A model generated the notes under the pieces. That model worked only from the letters and a program-made list of their open reading frames with translations, searched no databases and was not told the DNA's origin. Of a stretch of 64,000 nucleotides of DNA, positions 29,065 through 39,467 are shown one piece after another; position 1 is the stretch's first letter, and every line of letters starts with the position of its first letter. The position numbers and the translations under genes are program-made. The stretch comes from Candidatus Hermodarchaeum yapensis (lineage in GTDB: Archaea > Asgardarchaeota > Hermodarchaeia > Hermodarchaeales > Hermodarchaeaceae), in the NCBI GenBank assembly GCA_016840405.1, contig JAEOSK010000003.1, positions 32,001-96,000 on the forward strand. The letters are read 5' to 3'.

Positions 29065-30501
29065 GTGGCAATCGTGTCAGTTTCCTCAGAAGCAGCTAAT
29101 TTACTTGTTGCATTGAAGGATAACATTCATGAGACTATGCCATCTAGCCCCGAACTTACTGAAATAGATTCGCTTCTTGATAATCTACGAGTATATGCAA
29201 AACGTGTGAAGGGGCTACCATTAGACGAGGAAGACTATCAACTAGAACCACACCGATACTTTGATGGTATGGCTGGCGTTCCTCGCGAAAGAGTATACAA
29301 TTCATTGCTGCGCCGGCTACGAGTTATCTTGCGGTTCAACATTACATCATTCCAAAAAGTGACACGAGATTTATTGGAAGGTCTCGCACCAGAAGAGGTT
29401 GATCGGATAAGTGGTCGTGAGATTCGATTACTTAGCCTGTTATATCAACGACCCGACACACCTCAGGCCCAAATGGCAAAGGAACTAAGGATCAGCCTTC
29501 CCACCCTGCGGAAAGATATTCAAATACTCGAAGAAAAAATTGGTCTTCGTTTTGCTAATCTTATTGATTGGGGACGTTTCAAACTTCGTCTGTATGGCGT
29601 TTTCTTCATAACCAAGGGAGTAGATGCATCAAAAAATTTTCAAAAAATACTTCAAGAGAATATGTCAACCTATTTATCATCAGCAGTGTTTGATACAACA
29701 CTCCTAAGAGGATTCGCTGGTTTTAAGATTCCAGATCAAGGGAAACCACTGAAACTTTTTAATCAGCAACTAGAATTCTTGGAGGACAATTACTTCGAAG
29801 TGATGCAAGTTCATGATATTAAGAAATACTATCAATCTGTGTGTTTTGATCACTTTGATTATGATACGAGTACTTGGCTTGTCGAGGGAGATGTCTCTGC
29901 TTTAGGCCTATTGAACTTTGTACGTGAAAACTGGACAATTCTTCCAAAACCGAAAGGACTACCAGTAACGATTGCACGTCCCTTTGATGAGTTGGATTTC
30001 TATTTAGCATCTTTTCTTGTTGGTGATGGTCACGCATCCATGAAAAAAATTCAAAACAGGCTAGCATCCGTGGGAATTGATGTTCCTCGGACAACTGTTT
30101 CTACTCGAAAAAGCCGACTTTTCAAAGAAGGGACGTTGAGACCGTATTTCGTTTTTAGTACACCACAATTACCTTTCTTCATCTCGTTTGCGATTCGGTG
30201 TGAACCATATATTTCTGAACAATTAGCTGTGGCTGTTGCACAGATGCCCATGGCTTTTGCTCAAATCACCAATATCGGTTGCATCGTTCACGTCTTTGTT
30301 CCCTCACGGAGTTTGGGAACCATAATGAATCTGCTATCGCTTACTCTTGAAGACGAAGGAGTACATGAAGTGTGGCAAATGCAACAATTTCACAATGTAG
30401 GTTCTGCTGACCCCGCCATTCTTGCACCAAAGTGGAATGGTTCGTATTGGAATTGGTCAGAAGAGGAGTTTGCCATTCCCTCGTTAGGTTTTGAGTTCTA
30501 A
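29065..30501 (+). CDS. Large putative transcription regulator, paralog 3
   Basis: LLSLLYQRPDTPQAQMAKELRISLPTLRKDIQIL HTH; VPRTTVSTRKSRL; KWNGSYW. Same layout as paralogs 1 and 2. Confidence 0.75.
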   Translation: MAIVSVSSEAANLLVALKDNIHETMPSSPELTEIDSLLDNLRVYAKRVKGLPLDEEDYQLEPHRYFDGMAGVPRERVYNSLLRRLRVILRFNITSFQKVTRDLLEGLAPEEVDRISGREIRLLSLLYQRPDTPQAQMAKELRISLPTLRKDIQILEEKIGLRFANLIDWGRFKLRLYGVFFITKGVDASKNFQKILQENMSTYLSSAVFDTTLLRGFAGFKIPDQGKPLKLFNQQLEFLEDNYFEVMQVHDIKKYYQSVCFDHFDYDTSTWLVEGDVSALGLLNFVRENWTILPKPKGLPVTIARPFDELDFYLASFLVGDGHASMKKIQNRLASVGIDVPRTTVSTRKSRLFKEGTLRPYFVFSTPQLPFFISFAIRCEPYISEQLAVAVAQMPMAFAQITNIGCIVHVFVPSRSLGTIMNLLSLTLEDEGVHEVWQMQQFHNVGSADPAILAPKWNGSYWNWSEEEFAIPSLGFEF

Positions 30502-30572
30502 TTGGTTTTGGCGAAAGGATTTTGTTTGCTAGTACTCATTCTAAGGGTCTTCAAACTATGGTGGTGTAAGTT

Positions 30573-31601
30573 ATTCAAACGGGTATTTCTGTTCGAGAAG
30601 GAGATTTCATCGAAACCCGTGAGGGGTTGATATTTGATGTCAAGGGGCTAGTACACCCCCCAGACAAGGTGATTGCGTTTCTCCGGTATTATCCTTCACC
30701 CAAGGGTAAACGATCACGTGGTGGACAACAGTATGATAAAGTCTACCATTTGTCAAATCGGTTTGATTTTCTACGACAGCACTACCCGCAGTACCTTTAC
30801 CATGACGAAGTTTTTGGACGGGAGTTGCAAGGTGTTCCACATTCTTCTATTAAACATGTGTACCAGCCACAGGCGAGCCTGGCAAAGTTAAAACAGTTGG
30901 ATACACGTGATCCACTTCAACAAGATGTTGTAACTTTTTCACAATTGATAGAGCAGGCAGCCCGAATCCCTGAAGAAAGTCTAGGAATCTCAGGTAGCGT
31001 CCAAGTTGATTTGCACGGTCCAACTTCGGATATTGACCTGATTGTTTATGGCAGACGTGAAGCACGAGCCGTGCAATTATCGTTGAAGCGAGCGCAACTT
31101 GTACCAGAAGAAGGGATTTCGAAGTATCACTTGGATACGTATCGCCCCGTCTATAATCTTCGTTGGAGTGGAACGGGTATCCCCATTGAAACGATGTTAC
31201 TTGTTGATGGTTTGAAATCTATGCATGGTATCTTTGGTGGACACCACTATTTTGTCCGAGCAGTCTTAAACTGGGATCAGGTTCAGAGACAATATGGGGA
31301 TTATACATTTCATCCTTTAGGTCAAGCACGGGTCCGCTGCATCATAACGGATGATCGTGATGGCCTATTTACTCCATGTCGATACGAAATTGAAGATGTT
31401 GAGTTTCTAAAAGGGGAGGAGTGGGATGAAGTGCGAGAGATTGTGAGTTTTCGCGGGAGATTCACTGAGCAGGTTAGGCAGGATGAGGAAGTCATTGTTC
31501 AAGGTTCGCTAGAAGCTGTTCAGCAGGGGAAGGAGCAATGGGTTCGGTTTGTGTTGGGTGATCATCCATCGGATATCTTATTACCGAGTAGCCTGCTTTA
31601 G
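30573..31601 (+). CDS. Archaeal predicted nucleotidyltransferase (COG1665-like), paralog 1
   Basis: GISGS..SDIDLIVYG Pol-beta motif. REGDFIETREG (aligns with paralog 2) lies upstream of the track start at 30627, implying an ATT start at 30573. Confidence 0.82.
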   Translation: MQTGISVREGDFIETREGLIFDVKGLVHPPDKVIAFLRYYPSPKGKRSRGGQQYDKVYHLSNRFDFLRQHYPQYLYHDEVFGRELQGVPHSSIKHVYQPQASLAKLKQLDTRDPLQQDVVTFSQLIEQAARIPEESLGISGSVQVDLHGPTSDIDLIVYGRREARAVQLSLKRAQLVPEEGISKYHLDTYRPVYNLRWSGTGIPIETMLLVDGLKSMHGIFGGHHYFVRAVLNWDQVQRQYGDYTFHPLGQARVRCIITDDRDGLFTPCRYEIEDVEFLKGEEWDEVREIVSFRGRFTEQVRQDEEVIVQGSLEAVQQGKEQWVRFVLGDHPSDILLPSSLL

Positions 31602-31610
31602 AGTACAGGA

Positions 31611-32678
31611 ATGGTGGTTTCCGAGGTGGCGCGTCACCCAAAGGACAAGGATTTCGTGGAAACACAAGATGGATTGCTGTTTACTGTGGTGGGATACCTG
31701 CACCCACCCGATGCATATACCACGTACTTGAAGTATCGTCCCGATCCTGAGGGAAAGTGGGAACGGCAAGGCGTTCACTATCGTCGGATGATACAAGTGT
31801 ATAGTGCTGCAGAAGTGCAATCAAGTAGTAATTGGTTGCGTGAGTATTATCCTGAGTATATTTCACTGGATAGGATTCGAGGCTTTGAATTGGCATTAGT
31901 GCCTTGGAAGAGTATCATTGCCTACTATTTACCAGAAGTCCGAATGTCGGAAATTATGAGAGATCCACAAGACCCGTTAGAATCGAGAACTCGAGCTCTT
32001 GTAAAGTTACTTTCCGAGGCCAGTGGTGTACCAGAGAGCCGATTTGGAATAACTGGCTCTCTCTTATTGGGAATCCATAATCCAATGTTTTCGGACATTG
32101 ATTTACTCATTTATGGTCGAGAAAATACCCATCAGGTCCGGGATGCGATGGATGGTCTGTTCGGTGAAAATAAGGTGAAACCATTTTCACACGATGAGAT
32201 TTTGAGCTGGAAGCATCGTCAGGTAAAAACATTGGGAATCCCTGCGAAGTATGTAGAACACATAGCTTGGTCATATTGGCAACGAGGACGGTTTAGCAAC
32301 ACGGACTTTTCTATTAGTCCCGTTAGATTGGATGCCGAGATTATGGAAGATTATGGATCAGAGATTTTTTCAGCTATTGGTCCTGTCGAATTCACAGCTA
32401 CTATAGAAGAAGATGAGGGAAATTTGTTTGTGCCGGTTCGGTATTTGGTTGGTGACATCTCTTTGGAAGAGGGTGATGTTGAATTTCCGGCTTTGACTGA
32501 GGTAATTTCTTATGAAGGGATTTTTGCCGGTGTCTTTCATAAGGGAGACCGAATTCATGTGAGAGGGACAGCTGAGGCTGTTCGTGATACGGATGGAAAC
32601 ATCATGCGAAACCAAGTCGTCGTTGGGTCAATGACGACACAGGGGTGGATAATCCGCCTTCCTCCATCATCGGATTAA
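31611..32678 (+). CDS. Archaeal predicted nucleotidyltransferase (COG1665-like), paralog 2
   Basis: KDKDFVETQDG, GYLHPP, GITGSLLLG..SDIDLLIYG, C-terminal OB-like region. Confidence 0.85.
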   Translation: MVVSEVARHPKDKDFVETQDGLLFTVVGYLHPPDAYTTYLKYRPDPEGKWERQGVHYRRMIQVYSAAEVQSSSNWLREYYPEYISLDRIRGFELALVPWKSIIAYYLPEVRMSEIMRDPQDPLESRTRALVKLLSEASGVPESRFGITGSLLLGIHNPMFSDIDLLIYGRENTHQVRDAMDGLFGENKVKPFSHDEILSWKHRQVKTLGIPAKYVEHIAWSYWQRGRFSNTDFSISPVRLDAEIMEDYGSEIFSAIGPVEFTATIEEDEGNLFVPVRYLVGDISLEEGDVEFPALTEVISYEGIFAGVFHKGDRIHVRGTAEAVRDTDGNIMRNQVVVGSMTTQGWIIRLPPSSD

Positions 32679-32769
32679 TCTCTTATGAGAGGGCTTCTGT
32701 GTTTGAGGAAGAGATTTATTAAAGGTTATTATGTATCGAATGCCACTGAATGTGGAGTGTAGTTGTATT

Positions 32770-33168
32770 ATGCCTAGCTTGGAAGTTGTGTTATTGACCG
32801 GTCGAACTCGCAGGCAGGGTGTGGGTCTTGAAGCCGGCAAGCTCAGCGATATTTATCACGAAGCCACCACCCAAATCCGCCTTGATTCCAAAGATCTGGA
32901 GAAGCTGAAAATTGAACCGGGAGATATCGTCGAAGTTACAACTGAACATGGAAGTGTTGTGCTTCGAGCGGAAGCTGCACCGCGAGCTAGTGAGGGTATA
33001 GGATTCATCCCCTATGGACCGTGGGCTAATCTAGTAATTGGTGGAGATACAGATAGCACAGGAATGCCCACGATGAAAGGTCTGAATGCAACCGTCACTC
33101 CTACGCCTGATAAACAGGTGTTAAGCCTCAAAGAATTGTTTGCAGAGATGCGCGGTTCAGTCAAATAG
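32770..33168 (+). CDS. fwdD: Formylmethanofuran dehydrogenase subunit D
   Basis: LLTGRTRRQG, FIPYGPWAN, TDSTGMPTMKG. Start taken at ATG 32770. Confidence 0.92.
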   Translation: MPSLEVVLLTGRTRRQGVGLEAGKLSDIYHEATTQIRLDSKDLEKLKIEPGDIVEVTTEHGSVVLRAEAAPRASEGIGFIPYGPWANLVIGGDTDSTGMPTMKGLNATVTPTPDKQVLSLKELFAEMRGSVK

Positions 33169-33201
33169 TAAATTTCTGTTTCAGGTAATTTTGGGATTGC
33201 T

Positions 33202-35385
33202 ATGATAACCATAATCATTCTTGTTGCAACAGTAATCGCAGGATTGTTGTCAGTACTTGTGGCCTTCTATTTCTTCCACTTGGTAATGAAGGCAGATGAA
33301 GGTAATGAGCAAATGCGCGATGTGAGCAAACTCATCGAACAAGGAGCGCATTCCTTTCTTTCAATTCAATACCGTATCCTTGCCGTCTTCAGTGTGGTAA
33401 TGGCGATTATTATCGCAGTTTCGGAATTTGTCTTTGGTAGTTCAGGGCTTGCCTCCGTTGCCTTGGCAGTCTCCCTCTCGTTTGTCATTGGCTCATTTGC
33501 GAGCATGGTGGCAGGGTATGTTGGAATGATTGTAGCGACTCGTGCTAATCGGCGTACTTCTGCTGCGGCTGCGGTAGGTGGGTTAATTCCAGCTTTTCGG
33601 GTTGCGTTTCGTGCTGGTGCAATCGTGGGTTTAATCATTGGTGGTATCGCGCTTGTAGGAATTGCTGGTCTCTATTTGGTCTGGAATTATGTCTTTTTTG
33701 GGTTTGAAGCTATTGCATTATGGGAGATAATTATTGGTTTTTCTTTTGGCTCAAGTTCGGTTGCCCTCTTTGCTCGGGCCGGTGGTGGGATCTTTACTAA
33801 AACAGCGGATGTTGCTGCTGATATTGTTGGTAAAATTGAATATAATATTCCTGAAGATGACCCCCGAAATCCTGCAGCAATCGCTGATGCTGTGGGTGAT
33901 AATGTCGGGGATATCGCAGGTACTGGAGCAGATATTTTTGACAGCAATATTTCTACAATTCTAGCTGCAGCAATTTTAGGTGCGACCATTGATATTGTGT
34001 TGGTATCTAATGGCATCTTCACCTTGGTTCCTTATGGACTAATTCCCCTTCTGATAGCCACGGTAGGAGTCTTTGCGTCCATTGCGGGAGTATTTGCTGT
34101 ACGCACTCATGATAGATGTGAACCGAATTGTTCTCTCAATCATGGAACCTACTTCGCAACGATTCTCTTTGCAATTCTAGTTGTTGTCGTTCTCATTCTT
34201 TTTCAAGTTCCGATTGTCATTGCTTTCTCTGCAATCTTGGGACTCTTAGCAGGAATTATCATTGGAGTTGTGTCCAATATCTTTACAAGTGATTATGGTT
34301 TTGGTCGATTCCAGCCCGTTCAAAGTATGGTCAGTTCAGCGGAAACTAGCCCTGCCACTCTGGTGCTCTCTGGATATTCCTATGGTCTGATCAGTGTTGT
34401 CCCTTCCATTGTGGGGATTGTCGTGGCTTTAGTCGCATCTTTTATTTTGGGCTCTTTTATTCCCATTCCAGGACCAGTGGGATTCTGGCAAGCGGGAGTA
34501 TTTGCTGTGGCCATTGCAGCGGTTGGTCTATTGGCGACGAATGGCCTTGTGGTGAGTTCAGATTCCTATGGGCCCATCGTTGATAATGCACGGGGGATAA
34601 TTGAGCAATCAGGGGCGCCGAAGGAGGCAATAGAAGAGATGGATAAACTCGATGCCCTTGGCAATACGACAAAGGCGATAACAAAAGGATTTGCCATCGG
34701 GGCTACGGCATTTACAGTCTTTGCCCTCTTTTCAGCCTACATTGAACTTGCCTCACGCCTTGTGGGAGCTCCAATTTTCATTGATTTATTGAACCCAATT
34801 GTATTAGCTGGTGCCTTGATTGGTGGAATTCTACCCGCTGCGTTTTCAGCAATGATGATTCTTGGCGTACAGAAAAATGCTGATAAGTTAATTGTTGAGA
34901 TACGCCGGCAATTCAAAGAGGACCCAGGCATCCTTGAAGGCACATCTCTTCCCGATTATGATCGAGGTATTAAGATTGCGACTAGGGGAGCGCTTCGCGA
35001 ACTTCTTCCAGCAACCATTGTTACAATCTTCGCCACCATCATCACGGGTATAATACTTGGATTAGAGGCACTGGCGGCGTTTCAGGCAGGTGCAGTTATT
35101 GTTGGGCTAATTTTAGCTCTTTTCATGGATAATGCGGGTGGCGCCTGGGATAACACGAAAAAATTCATCGAATCACCGGAATACGATCATACCCAACAAG
35201 ATTACCATCGTATCCATTCGGCTTCCATAACGGGTGACACGATTGGTGACCCTTTCAAAGATACTGCTGGTCCGTCAATCAATACCTTGTTGACAGTCAT
35301 TTCGTTAACAGCGACGCTTTTTCTTCCATTGATTTTTGCAGGGAATCTTTGGCTTCAGACTCTGCTTTTCCTCTTCATACCATAA
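33202..35385 (+). CDS. hppA: Membrane H+-translocating pyrophosphatase, K+-independent type
   Basis: GGGIFTKTADV, IPEDDPRN, GDNVGD, DSYGPIVDNA, GNTTKA (Lys), GGAWDNTKK, GDTIGDPFKDTAGP. Confidence 0.95.
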   Translation: MITIIILVATVIAGLLSVLVAFYFFHLVMKADEGNEQMRDVSKLIEQGAHSFLSIQYRILAVFSVVMAIIIAVSEFVFGSSGLASVALAVSLSFVIGSFASMVAGYVGMIVATRANRRTSAAAAVGGLIPAFRVAFRAGAIVGLIIGGIALVGIAGLYLVWNYVFFGFEAIALWEIIIGFSFGSSSVALFARAGGGIFTKTADVAADIVGKIEYNIPEDDPRNPAAIADAVGDNVGDIAGTGADIFDSNISTILAAAILGATIDIVLVSNGIFTLVPYGLIPLLIATVGVFASIAGVFAVRTHDRCEPNCSLNHGTYFATILFAILVVVVLILFQVPIVIAFSAILGLLAGIIIGVVSNIFTSDYGFGRFQPVQSMVSSAETSPATLVLSGYSYGLISVVPSIVGIVVALVASFILGSFIPIPGPVGFWQAGVFAVAIAAVGLLATNGLVVSSDSYGPIVDNARGIIEQSGAPKEAIEEMDKLDALGNTTKAITKGFAIGATAFTVFALFSAYIELASRLVGAPIFIDLLNPIVLAGALIGGILPAAFSAMMILGVQKNADKLIVEIRRQFKEDPGILEGTSLPDYDRGIKIATRGALRELLPATIVTIFATIITGIILGLEALAAFQAGAVIVGLILALFMDNAGGAWDNTKKFIESPEYDHTQQDYHRIHSASITGDTIGDPFKDTAGPSINTLLTVISLTATLFLPLIFAGNLWLQTLLFLFIP

Positions 35386-35407
35386 GCAGAAGCTAGATGA
35401 GATAGTA

Positions 35408-35444
35408 ATTCCGAACCAGAGAGTTCGGAATCTTTTCTTTTTTT
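35408..35444 (+). terminator. Hairpin plus T-tract terminator after hppA
   Basis: ATTCCGAAC-N6-GTTCGGAAT followed by CTTTTCTTTTTTT. Confidence 0.65.
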
Positions 35445-35543
35445 ATGAGTGCATGCTTAAATCAGAACTGACCAGATTCCATCAATTGAAATGCATCTAA
35501 TTTTTATTTAATATCCTCTATCACCAACGATGAGGAACTTGTT

Positions 35544-36410
35544 ATGACAGAGCCTGAATCGATCCAGAAACATCTCGTCCCTCCTATTCTCCTCGCAATC
35601 GTATTTTTCATCATCGCTATGATATTTCGAATAATTGACATCTTCATTCTCCAGCTTCACATGACGCCGTTTAGCATCATCTCTTCTAAGGTCATTCCTC
35701 TCATCATCCTCCTTGTCTATGTATGGATTGCTTATCGAAAATTCAACTTGCTTGGGATTCACTATCATTATCTACTCTCGAACTTAGTGCTCGGATTCTT
35801 TGTTTACTTGGCATACTATTTACTGCCTTTTTTGGCGGAGTTCTATATTGAACTGGGGCTTGGTTTAGAACCCATGCTACAACTTGCCTTCTACCCGACG
35901 GGTTACATTATTTACTTCATTTTCTTCTATATCATTAATTCATTCATGGAAGAAGGTGTCTTCCGAGGACTGATGATGCGTTGCTTCATGACCAAATACA
36001 ACGTAAATATTGCAAATGTCATTCAGGCAATCTTCTTTGGCTTCTGGCACATCGTTTGGCCAATTAATTACCTCATCAATGGATGGATGGATCCAATAAC
36101 TGCTGGATGGTTTGCCGTCTATTACGTAGTGTCTTCTTTTGGATTTGGAATTGTGACAGGTTATATGTTCCAGAAAACGAGTAGTCTCACCGGTCCTATT
36201 GTCCTTCATACTCTCTGGAATTTCACAATTTTCATGAGTGTCATTACTTACGGTGCCCCGCTTGGATGGGCGGTAAACATTTTCCTCTATGGCACGATGT
36301 TAGCTGTAGAATATATCGGTCTTGTTATCGTTATCCTAATTATCAAAGAATTCAGTCGTCAGCGAAAACTGCCGGAACTTACACCCTGGAATGCCACTTT
36401 ACCTAAATGA
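35544..36410 (+). CDS. CPBP family intramembrane metalloprotease
   Basis: EEGVFRG, FGFWH, HTLWN. Confidence 0.9.
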   Translation: MTEPESIQKHLVPPILLAIVFFIIAMIFRIIDIFILQLHMTPFSIISSKVIPLIILLVYVWIAYRKFNLLGIHYHYLLSNLVLGFFVYLAYYLLPFLAEFYIELGLGLEPMLQLAFYPTGYIIYFIFFYIINSFMEEGVFRGLMMRCFMTKYNVNIANVIQAIFFGFWHIVWPINYLINGWMDPITAGWFAVYYVVSSFGFGIVTGYMFQKTSSLTGPIVLHTLWNFTIFMSVITYGAPLGWAVNIFLYGTMLAVEYIGLVIVILIIKEFSRQRKLPELTPWNATLPK

Positions 36411-36525
36411 AACGAACTACACTAATTACCTCGAAACGATAACTGGTCAGGGCGAACCGCTTAAATTAGTGAACCACATTGATACACCTACACTTTGAGT
36501 GCAAAGGCTATACGAGGTCCCTTTC

Positions 36526-37923
36526 ATGACTACTAAAGACACCGACGCTATCCTCGCAACACCCCGAAGCCGCGTTACGAAACATGTGATATGCCCCTTC
36601 TGCGGTTGTTTATGCGACGACATTGAAGTTGCAGTAACTTTGACTGGTCCACTTCCACGTGTCCCCGAAGGTACAATTGTGGAAGCCTTGAATGCATGCC
36701 GGATTGGTCATACGAAGTTCTTGAAAGTCCGGGATGAATACCGCATCTATAAACCCGAACTTCGTTCAGGTCCAGATAAGTCAGAGGTTAAGCAAGTCTC
36801 CCTTGAGGAAGCTGTGAAAGCTGCTGCGAAAATCTTGGTAGAAGCCAAGCGACCAGTGATTTATGGGCTAGCGAGTACGTCGAATGAGGCGAACGTGAAA
36901 GCCTTGGAACTCGCCGAAGTGTCAGGTGCGATTGTAGATAACACTTCGTCCGTATGTCATGGTCCAGGCATCGAAGCGGTTCAACGTGTAGGGATTGGTA
37001 CCTGTACTTTGGGTAAGATCAAGAATTACTCAGATTTGATTATTTATTGGGGTTGTAATCCCATCGCGGCTCATCCACGTCATACACGCCGCTATTCACA
37101 GTTTATTGAGGGTCTGTTTCGGCAGGTGGAGGATCGGAAAATTTACCATGTTGATGTTCGTCCCACCCGATTTTCAGACCAGGTGACGAATTTCATCCAA
37201 GTTGAACCAAACAAGGATTATGAGCTGATGCAAGCGGTCCGGGCTCTCCTGCGTGGTCATGAGTTACAGGTATCAGAAGTTGCTGGAGTGCCGATGCGTC
37301 AGATTCGTGAGTTTGCCTCTGACTTGAAGAATGCACAATTTACTACAATTTTCTTTGGACTGGGATTAACACAGAGCCATGGAAAAGATCACAATATTAC
37401 AGTTGCCATTGATTTGACAGCAGACTTGAATCATCACACAAAGGCAGTGATTATGCCATTAAGAGGACACTTCAACGTGACTGGTTCGAACCACGTTTCA
37501 ACTTGGACATATGGATATCCGTTTTCGGTAAGCCTTGAGCAGGGTTCTCCCTACTACATGCCGGGCGAAACTAGTGCCGTTGATGTTTTAGTCCGAGGAG
37601 AAGCAGACGCCTTCTTTGCCATTGCAGCTGATCCTGCAGCTTCATTCCCCGCCCCAGCTGTAAAGAACATGCTCAACATTCCTGTAATCATCTTAGATCC
37701 CAAACGATGCGCAACCACTGAAATCGCTGATGTCGTGTTGCCATCGTCATATGTCGGCATTGAAGCAGATGGGGTTCAGACTGCATACCGGATGGATGGC
37801 ATTCCATTACAGCTCAGTAAAATTGTAGATGCTCCTGCCGGTGTGAAAAGCGATGATCAAATCCTCGACATGTTGGTCCGTGAAGTCTGCCGTCTGAAAG
37901 GAATCAAACGATATCCCCACTAG
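36526..37923 (+). CDS. fwdB: Formylmethanofuran dehydrogenase subunit B (Cys form)
   Basis: CPFCGCLCDD, SSVCHGP, WGCNP..AHPRH, RGHFNVTG, AYRMDG. Start at ATG 36526 with GAGGT RBS. Confidence 0.96.
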   Translation: MTTKDTDAILATPRSRVTKHVICPFCGCLCDDIEVAVTLTGPLPRVPEGTIVEALNACRIGHTKFLKVRDEYRIYKPELRSGPDKSEVKQVSLEEAVKAAAKILVEAKRPVIYGLASTSNEANVKALELAEVSGAIVDNTSSVCHGPGIEAVQRVGIGTCTLGKIKNYSDLIIYWGCNPIAAHPRHTRRYSQFIEGLFRQVEDRKIYHVDVRPTRFSDQVTNFIQVEPNKDYELMQAVRALLRGHELQVSEVAGVPMRQIREFASDLKNAQFTTIFFGLGLTQSHGKDHNITVAIDLTADLNHHTKAVIMPLRGHFNVTGSNHVSTWTYGYPFSVSLEQGSPYYMPGETSAVDVLVRGEADAFFAIAADPAASFPAPAVKNMLNIPVIILDPKRCATTEIADVVLPSSYVGIEADGVQTAYRMDGIPLQLSKIVDAPAGVKSDDQILDMLVREVCRLKGIKRYPH

Positions 37924-37954
37924 TCAAGGGCCTTCTAAACTCCAGGACCCAAAA

Positions 37955-38638
37955 TTACCCTCCAAGCTGAAAGTGTAATTTTGTGGCAATTTTTTGGAGA
38001 GTCCACCCCTCAAAATTAGGAATTATGAGATCAGCTTCGGAGAGGTCTTCAGATGGATTTGTTGTGGTCAAGGCAACGCATGTCATACCTGCAGTCTTTG
38101 CTGCAGACACACCAATTGGTGAGTCCTCAAAAACAAGACAATGAGCAGGAGGAACACCTACAGTTTGTGACCCCATTAAATAAGCCTCAGGATCTGGCTT
38201 AAGACGCGTCACTTGGGTACCATCAATTACAGGATGTTTGCCTCTTAGTCTCAGGCTTTCCAAGGCAGCGGAAAGGTTCTCAGGGTGTCCAGTACTCACA
38301 AATGCTGTTGGTAGATTTGCGTTTTGAACAGATTGATAAAATGAGAGAAATCCGTGTACTGGTTGTAGGTTACCCTGCGCTACACGCGTTTGGTAGAGTT
38401 TTCGTCGTCGACTCACCCACGGTGTTGGATCATCAGTGATTCCATTTTCTTTGAATAGAGTATTCATGATTGCAGCTGATCCTGCACCGAGAAATCGTTG
38501 CTTCCATTCTTCTTCAGTGACGTGGATGTTGAAAGATTTCAAGAGCTCGTTAAAGGTTTGTAGATGAAGCAGTTCGCTCTCCACAACAACGCCATCCACA
38601 TCAAATAATACAGCCTTGATTATTCGCGACTTGAGCAT
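37955..38638 (-). CDS. HAD-family phosphatase (beta-phosphoglucomutase-like)
   Basis: FDVDGV, KPDPEAY, FEDSPIG. Confidence 0.92.
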   Translation of the reverse strand: MLKSRIIKAVLFDVDGVVVESELLHLQTFNELLKSFNIHVTEEEWKQRFLGAGSAAIMNTLFKENGITDDPTPWVSRRRKLYQTRVAQGNLQPVHGFLSFYQSVQNANLPTAFVSTGHPENLSAALESLRLRGKHPVIDGTQVTRLKPDPEAYLMGSQTVGVPPAHCLVFEDSPIGVSAAKTAGMTCVALTTTNPSEDLSEADLIIPNFEGWTLQKIATKLHFQLGG

Positions 38639-38650
38639 CCTACTTCACAT

Positions 38651-39412
38651 TCATCTTTTCGTCCCAAAAAGAAATCTTTCTAAATCCTGTAATGTTCCTG
38701 AACCATCAATCGGGTATTGGGGATAGACCACTTTTTTCTTGGTTCTTTCCTCGATTTCTTTAGAGAGAATACCAAGACGTCCCTTCTCTTGATCCAAATC
38801 AACGAGAAAGGTCTTGATACCCAAGACTGAGGCAGCCATATCGCTAATCGGATCATTCCCTGCCATGAGACAATCTTCAGGTTTCTGATTAATGTGATCC
38901 AGAATAGAGCGATAATACTCAGGACGCGGTTTGCAATATGACATATTTTCAGCATGAGTGCTCATGGTGATATCCAAATCACCCAAATTTGCCCATTCAA
39001 GCCGAATCTGGGTTGCCAGCTCAGGAAATATGGGATTCGTGGCAATTACCACTTGAAGGCCTTTCTGCAGAACACGTTTGATTAATTTCCGCCCATAGGG
39101 TACAACGTGCACTTGATTTCCAAGCTGGCGAAAGGATTCTGCATAAAACTTGCGTAACCGATTATGACACTCTTCATAACTGAGCTCTGAACCTGAGATA
39201 AAATGGTTAGTAAACAATTCTACATTCGTCATGCTACCATCATTACGAATCATGTTTACAGTCGATTGGAGAAGCTTTTGGAAAAACGTTGATTGATCGA
39301 AATAATCAGCCATATACGGGTATGCCTTTTCAGCGTAATTGACGAGGAATTCGTCTTCATTGAAGAGGACCAATGTATTGTCAAAGTCGATTAGAAGTGC
39401 TTTGATTATCAA
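38651..39412 (-). CDS. HAD-family hydrolase
   Basis: IDFDNTL, IATNP, KPRPEYY, AGND..SD. Confidence 0.9.
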   Translation of the reverse strand: MIIKALLIDFDNTLVLFNEDEFLVNYAEKAYPYMADYFDQSTFFQKLLQSTVNMIRNDGSMTNVELFTNHFISGSELSYEECHNRLRKFYAESFRQLGNQVHVVPYGRKLIKRVLQKGLQVVIATNPIFPELATQIRLEWANLGDLDITMSTHAENMSYCKPRPEYYRSILDHINQKPEDCLMAGNDPISDMAASVLGIKTFLVDLDQEKGRLGILSKEIEERTKKKVVYPQYPIDGSGTLQDLERFLFGTKR

Positions 39413-39467
39413 AGGTAGTTACACCATGCCTACAAGAGAGTCTAGCGGCTGAATCTGTTATTTATTT

